NCBI GenBank assembly: GCA_004431415.1 | Contig: QPMI01000182.1 | Location: 92,235 to 156,234 of the forward strand | Reading direction: 5' to 3' | From: Cyanophora paradoxa CCMP329 | Lineage: Eukaryota; Plantae; Glaucophyta | DNA length: 64,000 nucleotides | Part shown: piece by piece, positions 1-9,810 of the stretch | Layout of the letters: every line of letters begins with the position of its first letter | How positions within the stretch are numbered: position 1 is the stretch's first letter | Program-made: the position numbers and the translations under genes | The notes under the pieces: model-generated | Seen by the model: only the letters and a program-made list of their open reading frames with translations | What the model was told of the DNA's origin: nothing | Database searches by the model: none

Positions 1-3000
1 CGTCAATCGACTCGCCGAGCTGGCCGCTCTTGAGGTGCTGCAGGACGGCGTAAAGCTCGTCGCCGTCAGCGGAACGTGCATGGGCCCCAGCTGCTGCCTC
101 GGCCGCGGAACGAGTGGCCGGGTCGGCGCGGTAGCAGGTGGACCACATGAACTCGTATATGGCCGTCGGCCCCACAATGTGCATTTGGGGGTTGAATCCC
201 TTGGTCGGCGCGGGCCGGGGCTGGTCGGGCAGCTCGTGCCCCAGCACCCAGGCAGCCATGCTGTTCACATACCCCGCAAGCAGGGATGCGACGAACTCCC
301 GGGGCGGCAACGGGGACCACGTGGGTCCGTGCTTCTGCACGCCCGGGCAGACAACCGGGTACTTCCGGTGCCCGCGGTCCTTCGGATCGACGAGCGGGCG
401 GGGCCGCTCGAATCCGAGCACGAACACGCGCCGAGGGAGGCGGTCGTACTGGCGACGCGCCTCGGAGGGCGGGGCGTGCTGCATGGCCACGTGGGCAGGA
501 CCAAGCGAGCAGCGCGTGGCATTCGTGCCGACGGGATCGCTCATGACATCGACGTTGTTCACGTCGAGCTCAGTGCTCACGTGCTTCTCGCCCGTCTGGA
601 TCGGGGTGCCTGGCAGGAGGCCGCGGACCCGGGCATCGGGCTGGGCGACGCCACGGATGCCGAAGCCCCTGCCGAAGCGGGGCTCGTGGAACACGACCAA
701 GCGCTGCCCACGCTTGGCGCGGTTGACCCGATGGGCGCCTCGAACGTGTGCGGGCGAGCGAGGTACGCAAACGCCTGGCGGCACGTGTGGTGCAGGGCGG
801 TGTTCAGCACCGAGTAGGCGCGCGTGATCGGCCCATCGAGGCGGTTTGCGGGAGTGGGCTCCGACGCGACCCACTGCATGATGGACTCGTCGAGCCCCAT
901 CATCGCCGCGACGTAGGGCAAGCCCTGAACGTCGGTGCCTTGCATGGACGTCGGTGCCGGTGGCACGGGCGGGCCATACAACATTACCGCGGCGGGGATG
1001 CCGCGGTTATGGCCCTCGACGTTTGCGATGAGCGTGGAGGCAAGGCAGTGCATGGCTGCATCAGCGTCGAGCGCGTTCGGGTGGAAACGCGTGACGACTG
1101 GGGCAGTCGCATTCACGCAGGGCGCGTCGGGCGGCCCGTTCTCGCCGAGGGTGAGCGGCACGAGCCGCGGAATAGCAGCCCACGGGTACTGCTCGGCCGT
1201 CGGATTGCGGGCCGGGCTACCGCCGAGCGGGTCGGGCAGCAGCACGCAGTACTTGTCGCAGTACCGGACGCGCTCGGGCGTGCCGTCGTACCACGTGCGG
1301 GCCCCAGCAGCAGGTGCCGCCGGCGTGGCCGTAGCAGTGGAGACCCCGGACGGTCCGGCGACAGGCGCAGCTGAGGAGCTGGCCATGGGCACGTCGCCCT
1401 CAGCGTCGCGATCGGCTTCGCTACGGCGGGCCTCGCCTTCCCAGTTGTCGAGCCACTGCACAAAGGGAAGGGAGCGAATTGGGGCGTTGCCGCCAATTCG
1501 GGCCTCGTGGATCTCGCCCAGCAGCCAATTAGCGCCTTCGACGACGGTGTCGTAGCAGCGGTAACTGGTGGCCAGCCACGAATCCGAGTCGTCCTTTGCG
1601 GCCTCGCGCTGGACGACCTCGGGAATTTCGAGGTTTGCCGGGTACGCCGGGGCGAGCGTACGGACGAGCTCCTCGCACCCCGGGTGCGAGGCGTTAACCA
1701 TGTCATAGAAATAGCTAACGTCGTCCGGCAGCTTCTGCTGCTCGCGCGGGACGAAGGGCGTGATGCCCGGTCCGGTGCGACCGCTGTCTAGGCAGGACAG
1801 CATCCAGCGCGCATGGCTGGGGACTGGGGCGACAACCTCAGAGAGGGTCGGGCCCGTGTTGGCGGAAGAGCGCCAGCGTCCCTCGACATAGTACGGGGGC
1901 AGGTGCGACACATGCAGCTCAAAGCGATCTATGAAGAACGCGTCCCAGTGAAGGGCATTCCACTGCGTGGTGTCGGCCGGCAGGTCCGGCAGCGGCACGA
2001 GCAAGCCGGCGCTGGAGGCGGCGAGCTCGAAGGAAGCGACAGCGCGCTTCAGCATGCGAATGTTCGCCGGGTGGCGGTTCGGCATGACGATTTCCAGCCG
2101 CTCCCACTGGGGCGGTCGGGGTTCTCATGAAACCAGGCGAAGCGGCGCCAGGGCGGCTGGGCCGCTTCAGCTTCGAGCCAGGAGGCGAGCTCCGGGTCGG
2201 GAGCGATGTGCAGCGTGACCGGTTTTGAGCCGGCTGCAGGCCGCTGTTGGCGAGCCACATGTGCTCGACCTGAGTCGGCCAACGGCTAGAGGGCTGGGGC
2301 AGCCGATGAGCTCGAAGAGGTGGGCGTCAATGCCCGCACGGACAAAGAGCGCGTGCCGCATCCTCTCGCGCGTGTCGTCGTCGACGCCAGCGCTCTCATC
2401 GGACTCCATGGGGTCAGGAGAGGGCGTGCCGGGGCCTCTTCCGCTTCCCCTTCGCCCTCGGCCTCGGCATTTGCCGGCTTGGCGGGGCGGGCCGGCGGCT
2501 GGTGCCGCGGGTGCGAGCGGGCTTGGCGGCAGAGGTCGTTTCGTCGACCTTGCCCTTGCCGCGGCCACGGCGGCCGGCGGCGGCCTCACGCTCGGCGACC
2601 TCGCGAGCCATGCGGTCGCTGGTCTGGAGGTCGTCATCGAACTCATCCCAGACCGGACGGTGCGAGCGCTTGGCCGTGAAGCGGCGGCGTACCTCGCCCA
2701 GCATCAAGCGCACGCGGTCGCGCGGCTTTTCGAGCAGAGCAACGGCGCGGACGCCGGACTGCGAGATGCAGTAGCAAACCCAGGTGAAAATGCTACGGTG
2801 CATTTCACCCCAGCGGTTCGCGGCAGAGAACTCGCCGTGGAGGGCGTTCACGAGCCATGAGTACTCGCTCGAGTCACGGACGCCGCCAGGGAGCGGGCCA
2901 CGGCCCTCACGGGGGACAGTGCGGGATGCCAGCAGCTCAATGACATCGTAGTCACAGCACCGCCCGCGGCGAGTGATCGGGTAGGAGCGATCGTAGAACG

Positions 3001-6000
3001 CTTCAACACTCGGTCCAAGCATGAGGGGGTCGGCATTCGGGAATTCCGGAACCGGAGCCCTTCGCCGGGGCCGACGGGCTGTCTACCACGACCGTGGGGG
3101 CGGCGTGATAGGTCCCCAGGCCCATGAGCCAGTCGGAGAACAGCAAGCTGCTGAACTCCGTGGGGCGGCGCAGGTCGAGGATCCTGGCCAGGCGGCGCAC
3201 GGCGACGCGGGGGAGCAACTTGATGGCCCGGAACCCTCAAGGTCTGAGCCGTGCTGCACCAGCTCGGACAGGTTCACGAGCGGCGGCTCCCCGGCCATGC
3301 AGCGAGCGCGGCGGCTGTTTTGCATGGCGATAACGCGCTCGGGGACGGTGCCCTTGGCGCGCGTGTCGAAGCACGTGGCTCCGGCAACCTCAGTCAGCCG
3401 CTCCGTGTATGTTTGGAACAGCGACAGTGGCGGGGCCACGTCCTTAGGGCTAATCCACGCGAAAAGGCTGCCCTTCTCGAATCCGAGTGCGCCCGGCAGC
3501 ACCGTAAGGGTCCGGAAACGGATTATGGCAAGCACAAGCTGCACGCAGTAAGCGTGGAAGTCGGAATCCTCGTCGAGGAGTTCGCGAGCCGCAGCGAGCG
3601 CTGTGCGCATGGCGTGGTAGCCCGTCACGGTACGGGAGACGTTCCCGTCGGGCGTAATGTCGAACCGCGGGTCGCCGTTTGGTTCGACCTGCAGGTGCTG
3701 GATCCCGGCCATTTCAGGCCGGCTGAGCGAGCAGGTACGCCGACGAAATGAGCAGGGATAGCAGCGGTAAACGCTCGCTGTCCGGCAGTGCGCTCGAGTC
3801 TGAGGCGAGGCCCCAGACGTTCGAGGCGGGCGCGTGCCGCTCCACGACAATAGCATGTCGTCCAAGCTTTCAGCGAGGCGACGTCGAGCTCATTGGGGTC
3901 GTCGGCCAAAGATCCTCAGGATCAGGGGCCGAGCCAATACCGAGCACTTGGTGACGGGGTGGCTGAGTTGGGCACCGCGGATTGCGAGCATCGCAATGCT
4001 CGAATCGGGGCCCTCCTGGAGGCGGTAATCGAGCTTGGCGATCGTCGCCGCAGCCTCGATCACGCAGGCGAGGGAGTGAGCCTCGGTGCGGTGAGCCAGG
4101 CGACCCAGCAGCAGGCGCTCGGGGCGCCGCAGGCCGCAGGCCCCAGGAACCGGTCAAGGGCTATGCTTTCGGGCCCTCCTGGGCGAGTTCGCGAACGAGC
4201 AGCGTCTGCTTCGCGTCGTCGAGGCCGTTCGTGAAGAGCAGCCCAATGGCGCGCTCTAGGTCACGGGGCTTGGCCGTCAAGTGGGCGTACCACTTTGTGA
4301 GCGGCATGAGCACCGGGCTCACGTAGCGGGGCAAGTAGGGCCCGCCTCGCGCTCGCCCTCTTTCTCCACGTCCGTGGCAGGCACGTGGTCATACGGCATG
4401 TAATCCAGTGCCCACGACTTCGTGGAGCACCGGGGTGGTGCCTGGGGCACGTCGCGGTCCGGAGAACCGAACGGCCCGAAATAGGCGGGCTTCGAGGTGT
4501 CGCTGGCGTAGGCGCGGAGCCCTGGCCAGGGTCGGAGCTCGGGGCGGACTCGGAGTCCGTGTCGAGCCGCTCGGCGTCGCTCTCCCCAAGCTCGGACTCC
4601 CCGGAGCCGTCCTCGCTGGCCGGGTTGGCGCAGCGGAGGTCCCGCTCGAACGCAGCCTCGCGAGTGGCATCGTCGAGGGCGCCAGCCGAGATGTCCGCCG
4701 CAGCGGCATCGAAGGCGGCCTGGTCGCGCGCCTTGGCGGCCATGGCGAGGGCGTCGGACGGCTGGCGGACCGCTGCAACGGCCGCAGCCTCGTCCGAGTC
4801 GGAATCCGTGCCCACGGGCATCACATGTACAGACAGCGACCGAATGGACGGGCCGCCCGGAGGGGCGCCGGCGTTCGGGTTGCCGCCTGCAGACGAGGAG
4901 CTGGCGCCACGCGCGCTCTCGTGCAGGGCGGCCTGCTGCTGCATCACTTGCAGGTGCTGGAAGAATGCAGCCATGGCGGCCGAGTTCGGCGAGTCAGAGC
5001 GGGGCTCGTTCTCGGCGCGAACTTGGTTGAACCGGGGCCGCTGCCCGCGGTTCATGTCCTGGCCGTAGCCCCGGCCGCGTCCGCCGCGGCCCTGTGACTC
5101 AGCGTCCGGGCAGTCCCGGCGGATGTGGTCCAGAGACCCGCAGGTCCAGCAGCCCGGCTCACGGTCGTCCTGGGCGCTCTTCTCCTTGCCCTTCCCAGCG
5201 GGCGCTGGTTCGGGCCGGAGGCAGGGGCGCGGGTGGCGCCGCCCGGCTGTAGCCGCCGCCGCGGTCCGGCCGAAGCCGCCGCGGTCGTTGCGGTAGCCGC
5301 CGCGGGCGTACGGCTCCTGGCGGTGCCCGCCGCGGTGCGAGAACCCGCCGCGGGTCGGGCCGGGCTCGCTGCGCTCATCGGCGGCATCCTCCTCGCGCGC
5401 CGGCCGATCGCGGCGCCGCGCGCGCTTATCCGCAATCCCTTTCACCCACTCGGAGTATGGGATATTGGGGAAGGGGGCCGTGCCCCACACGCAGTTCCAC
5501 GTAAAGTGGCAGCGGTCGAGGGCCGGCATCTCCACGTGCATGCACAGGGGGCATGGGGACGTGGTCGTGCTCGGGTACCCCAGGCGCTCCTCGTCGGGGT
5601 GCCGGCGACCCGCGACGGCGCGCCCTGCGGAGCCTTCGTGCCCGGGGCCGCATTGACGGACTTGACGGGCACGGCCTCGATGGGCTCGTCGCCGTCGTCG
5701 TCGCTGGCGGCGGCCGCTACCGGCGCCAGCTTGCGCACGCGGGCTTCTTAGCCTCCGGCGCCTCGAGTGCGGCCGTGGCCGTGGGGGGCAGCACGGTGCG
5801 GCAGCCGTGCGTCTTGCACGCTGCGACGAAGATTTCGTCGAGCTGGAGCGGCGACAGGGCGCCGTCCTGTGCAAGGATGCGCTGCTGCAGCGCGGCGAGG
5901 AACGCGCGCAGAGTGCGCTCGTTCGCCTGGGCGAACCCGGCCATCCGAACATCGAGGTTCTGATATTCCGGGTCCTCGCTCGTCGAGCGGGCCTCGAGCG

Positions 6001-6718
6001 CAGTGCGCAGACACTCCGCATAGTACACGGCGAGGCGCTGGCCCTGGGGCAGCGTGTGCTGCACTAGGGGCATGAACCAGTCATGCCATGAGCGCGGGTC
6101 CTCGCCCGTGTAGGGCTCAGTGAGAGCCCGGCGGGCCGCGTGCGGGCGCGTCTCATGAATCCATGCCGTGATCGTTGCGAGGAGCCCGGGGGCACGCAAG
6201 TACGAGTCACGCACGGCCACGATAGTGGCATGATCGCGCGCGCAGCTCTGCTGCAGCGCCAAGATTGCAGCCTCATCCTCGGCAGTCCGCAGATCAGCCG
6301 GGACAAGTCCGAGACGAGCGAGCAGGGCGCGGTCACGCTCCAGGCCAGCAATAGAGGCCTCATAGAGGTCGCGCTTACGCTCAATCTCGGCGCGGAGGGC
6401 GCCGGGGCGGATGCGCCCGACGATCACTCCGGCAAGCGCCTCAGACTTAGTATACTCCTGGCCGCCGGCAGTGTCCGGGCCAAAGAGATACTTCGTCGGC
6501 TGAGCCGACTGGAAGTTCCGGACATCCTTCCGGAACCGGTCACCGTCGGCGAGGCGCGGCTTCGCGGGGAGGAAGGCGATCCGCGCGGGATCATCCTCCG
6601 CCGCAGCGGCGGTGCCAGCGAGCTGCACAGCAAGTTCGGCCTTCGCAGGCTCAACGTGCGCAAGTGCGGACAGCTGGCTACGGACTTCAGAACTGATCAG
6701 TTCAGAAGTGTTCGACAT
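1..6718 (-). pseudogene. gag: Gag-like polyprotein, >2,000 codons, broken by multiple frameshifts
   Basis: Minus-strand ORF pieces 5717-6841, 5442-5738, 4261-6021, 3083-3865, 2414-3022 and 577-2085, plus an open frame from ~720 to base 1, join by single frame changes into one protein-like reading. It has a canonical zinc knuckle near 5110-5150, an elongated CPLC-x11-H-x4-C knuckle upstream, and RGG-rich stretches. Frameshifts may be decay or assembly indels. Confidence 0.65.
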
Positions 6719-7169
6719 ATTGCTCTCTTTGCAGCGTATAGCCACGAGAACAGAATGCCAGGGCACAAGATTTGAGCTGCAGCGCACTGCAGATCCGGGA
6801 CACGGTCTTCTCGTGGCGTGCGAGAACCGACTCAGGGACACTCAGAGAACTGCCGCTGGCAGACTCCGGGGCACAGTGTGCGACGCGAAGCGTGCAACCG
6901 GCGAAGGGACACAGACAATGATTGAGACTCTCGCGAGAGCTCGTGCGTGCGCTTCGGTCTGGGGATGCACCGAAGCCCGCGAGGGACACTAGAGTCACTT
7001 CCGAAGCACAATCAGCCCGCCCAGAGGCGACGCGGCCGAAGTGTGCAGCGTAGCACGCCACAAGTGGCGGTCGCCCGGAAAGCTCGTCCCAGATCTCTTT
7101 AAGCTTATGCGAGGCGGCGCGGCGAGGCGCGCGGCGCGGGCAGAGCCTGGAAGTCCAGCGACCCTTGAA

Positions 7170-7194
7170 GGTTCGATTCCGGCAGAATGGCGCC
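7170..7194 (-). other. Primer-binding-site candidate
   Basis: GGCGCCATTCTGCCGGAATCGAACC directly follows the LTR's CA end on the minus strand. Its complement reads like a tRNA T-loop plus 3' arm (GGTTCGATTCC...GGCGCC). Confidence 0.55.
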
Positions 7195-7477
7195 TGTCGC
7201 GTGCGAGATTAGTGTGTCTAATCGTGCGCGCGGGAAGCCCGTGCGGAGTGCAAGCTCGGCAGGGCGGGGTTTGGCGAGTGCTGCTGCTGTTAGCCACCGG
7301 GATGGTAGACTGAGGGTGTACCCGTCCAGCTACGGCGTACCCCGACACACGCATACAAGTGACCGCGGCGCTCTAACTAGCCTAGGCGCCGTCGATCTAG
7401 CAGCACGAAGGCTGCGCACATCATCTAGAACCCTAGCGGCTCACAAACGAGCATCCGCTATAATGTCGGATGCGACA
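7195..7477 (-). repeat. 5' LTR, 283 bp
   Basis: Starts TGTCGCGTGCGA and ends TCGGATGCGACA (10/12 inverted match). Same length, same ATGCGACA end and same TGGCGCC|TG junction as the paired LTRs at 31980 and 42059. Confidence 0.75.
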
Positions 7478-7768
7478 ATGTGTTCAACGGTTCGACGTTT
7501 ATGCACGAACTTGTAATTAAGTTGTAATTATATATTTTTTTTTGGTGAATTACCGGCCACAGTTTCTCGCCTCCGGCGGCGCTCACTTTGCGTACCCCCC
7601 CGCCGCCCTCTCGCTACCCCCCAAATCCCATTGGAGGCGATGGGCCCGGGGGACCGCATCGCCGAATGGGGCCCGCGGGGACCCAGAGGGTTGCGGGGGT
7701 TGCGGGGGGGCGCGGGGACGAGGGCCGGCCCGCGGGGGGGCGGAGGGGGGGAGAGGGGGCGGGCGGGT

Positions 7769-7892
7769 CCCTCTCGTCAGCGGGGCCGGGGGCGGGCCCT
7801 TGTGCTGAGCGAGGCCGGGGGGCGGCCCTTGTGCGTACCCGGGCCGGGAGGGGGCCCTTCTCGTCAGCGGGGCCGGGGGCGGTCCTTCTGGG
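7769..7892. repeat. Subterminal tandem array, ~29-bp unit, about 4 copies
   Basis: Units of the form CCCT(T)-variable ~11 nt-GGCCGGG(G/A)G at about 7769, 7797, 7826 and 7855. Confidence 0.7.
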
Positions 7893-8060
7893 CCCTTCTG
7901 GGGGTTTCCGCGCTTACAACCCCGTCCGTCGTACCCAGCGGTGTCAGCGGCGTGCGTGCGGCCCTGCTGGAGCCCTTCTAGAGCCCGAGCCCACCCCCTG
8001 CCGCCGCCGGGGTGCGAGAGAGGGGGGAGGGGGGCAATTTGTATTCAGACAGAGGAGCAA

Positions 8061-8354
8061 TCACAGGTCGCTAAAGTCGCCGCCCCGAGCATCCACCCGG
8101 CCTGACATCAGAGAGATAGGGAGCCGCTCGGCATACCAGGTGCCTAGCATAGCATCGATCAGGGGCAGTATCTCCTGTGAGAGGTTCGAGTAGACGTACT
8201 GTAGGTTCTGGTGGACGCTCCTGCCCACCGGATCCTTAGCCCATGCGATCGGGGCCGCTGCATTCCATACACTCGTGACCAGCAGATCCAGGCGCTCCAG
8301 CAAGTGCCGGTGCTCGGCGTCCGTCAGTTGGCGCGGGGCATGGATGGGAGGCAT
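8061..8354 (-). CDS. Orphan 97-aa helical protein of the HNH element
   Basis: ATG-to-stop ORF with natural amino-acid composition (unlike the R/G/P/A-rich shadow ORFs), followed by the element's repeated 3' motif. Confidence 0.6.
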   Translation of the reverse strand: MPPIHAPRQLTDAEHRHLLERLDLLVTSVWNAAAPIAWAKDPVGRSVHQNLQYVYSNLSQEILPLIDAMLGTWYAERLPISLMSGRVDARGGDFSDL

Positions 8355-8562
8355 TGGCTCACACGAAATGGGGCGTATTACGTAGCGCGCAGGGGGAACG
8401 CACTTAAGGTCGGGCGGGCCCCTTTCCGGACTTGGCGGGTCGCGGCGGTCTTCCGGAGCCCCCCTCCTTGACCTGAGCCCTACCCCCTAGGCCCGAGCCC
8501 ACCCCCTGCCGCCGACGAAGTGCGAGAGAAAGGGGCGCAAAAGGGCTCTGAATTCGATACAT

Positions 8563-9225
8563 CTACAGGCGGCGGCGGCGGAGGCGGCTGCCCTCTACGG
8601 AGAGCGAGTCGGGGGTGCCAGCGGGGAAGGTGACGGAGGCCTTCCGCTTCTGCGACCACCAGCCCTTGAGCGCGCTCTTGGTGGGCGACGACTCCTTGAG
8701 CGCCTTCTTGCCCGCCTTGGCCGCCTTCCTGGCCACCTTCTTCGCCGCCTTCTCGTCCTCCGACTCGGGCTCCGAGTTCTCCGACTCGGGCTCCGACTCG
8801 GGCTCGGGCTCGGGCTCGGGCGACTCGATCTGTAGGGGTACGGGCTCAGAGGGGGGCACGAGGGTAGAGGCAAAGGGGCTCACCTCAGGGTCGGCCATGG
8901 GGGCGGGGGGCGAAGCGGGCGAAGCGGGCGGGCTGAGCTCCTTCTCCATCTTGACGACGATCGAGGCGGCCTCGGCGGCGGTCACGATGGCCTCGACCTC
9001 CTCGACGAGGGCGGGGCGCCTCCCGTCGACGAAGGCAAAGGTGGCCTGCCGCGCCTCCTCGGTCATCTCGCCGAGCTCCTTCCTGACCGCTTCGATCGTC
9101 GCGGCCCGGTGGGGGCAGCGGAACTGGAGCCAGGCCATGTAGAGCTGTGCAGGGGCTCGCGTGAGATGGAGGCAAGGGCTTGCGTGAGACAGAGGGAAAC
9201 GGCGGACCTCGGCGTTCTCCTTCAT
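8563..9225 (-). CDS. Orphan ~200-aa protein of the HNH element: helical N-terminus, acidic PE/SE repeats, basic tail with NLS-like end (RLRRRRL)
   Basis: Clean ORF with GC3 bias; probable in-frame 63-nt intron 9145-9207 (GAG|GTCCGC...CTCAC...GCACAG|CTC). Confidence 0.65.
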   Translation of the reverse strand: MKENAEVRRFPLSHASPCLHLTRAPAQLYMAWLQFRCPHRAATIEAVRKELGEMTEEARQATFAFVDGRRPALVEEVEAIVTAAEAASIVVKMEKELSPPASPASPPAPMADPEVSPFASTLVPPSEPVPLQIESPEPEPEPESEPESENSEPESEDEKAAKKVARKAAKAGKKALKESSPTKSALKGWWSQKRKASVTFPAGTPDSLSVEGSRLRRRRL

Positions 9226-9392
9226 GTCGCAGGGCGGCTCCTTCTCGAAGGGAAACTCCGGATCGATTCCGGGGCCGGAGGGGATAAGGGAGGCAGAGGA
9301 GGCAGAGGTCTTTCCGGGGTTCTGACCTATCTAAATAATCACGTACCCCCCTGCACGTGACTCACCTGCACGTGACCGTCCTTTTTCGGTCT

Positions 9393-9779
9393 CCGCCGGT
9401 TCGCGCGGGTCGGTGCGTGACGTCACTCCCCGTCACCGATCGGCAACCGGGGTACCGCTGCTGCTACTTCGACGGGTCCGGTGGCGGTGTGCGGCACGAA
9501 CCGTGACGGGGTGCGAGTTCGGCAGCCGTGACGCACGCGAGACCCTGCAAAATCGCGGGCGGTTAGTCTGTAGGGTGCGCGCGGCAGGGTAGCGACCTGT
9601 GCCGACCCCCCAACGTCAGTGCGGACCCGTACCCCCCCGGGTAATGGGGGGGCGTGAATGCGGAATTCACCCACCCCGAGCCGCGAATCGCAAACCCTGG
9701 CCCTGTAGCGGGTGGTGCTCGCGAGCCTAATCCCGCTCGAATGTCGGCGGCGGCACGTGGTCAGGCAGGGGGTGCGATT
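9393..9779 (+). ncRNA. Candidate structured RNA (or ssDNA structure) inside the HNH element
   Basis: Nested stems found by eye: 9398-9405/9682-9689, 9407-9414/9601-9608, 9415-9422/9527-9534, 9428-9436/9503-9511, 9454-9461/9481-9488, 9542-9549/9569-9576, 9632-9638/9646-9652, 9654-9659/9665-9670, 9686-9692/9773-9779. Non-canonical pairs are mostly G-U on the + strand. Confidence 0.5.
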
Positions 9780-9810
9780 GAATGGTGTACAGGCGACCTA
9801 CCTAGGCGGC

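Larger units (their letters stand above)
1..7477 (-). mobile_element. LTR retrotransposon, 5' portion (runs off the left edge)
   Basis: LTR-like segment 7195-7477 with TG...CA ends and inverted termini, an adjacent PBS-like sequence, then a minus-strand gag-like ORF with CX2CX4HX4C (CWTCGSLDHIRRDC). Second LTR and pol are not in the window. Confidence 0.8.

Noticed and set aside
1-7477. DIRS or LINE element
   Set aside because: TG...CA LTR with an adjacent PBS matching a proven LTR family; no tyrosine recombinase, endonuclease or RT motif seen.
9393-9779. Group I intron, SRP RNA, RNase P RNA or hammerhead ribozyme
   Set aside because: A CAGACTA occurs on the minus strand but has no P7 partner; no convincing SRP, RNase P or hammerhead core and no interrupted host gene.
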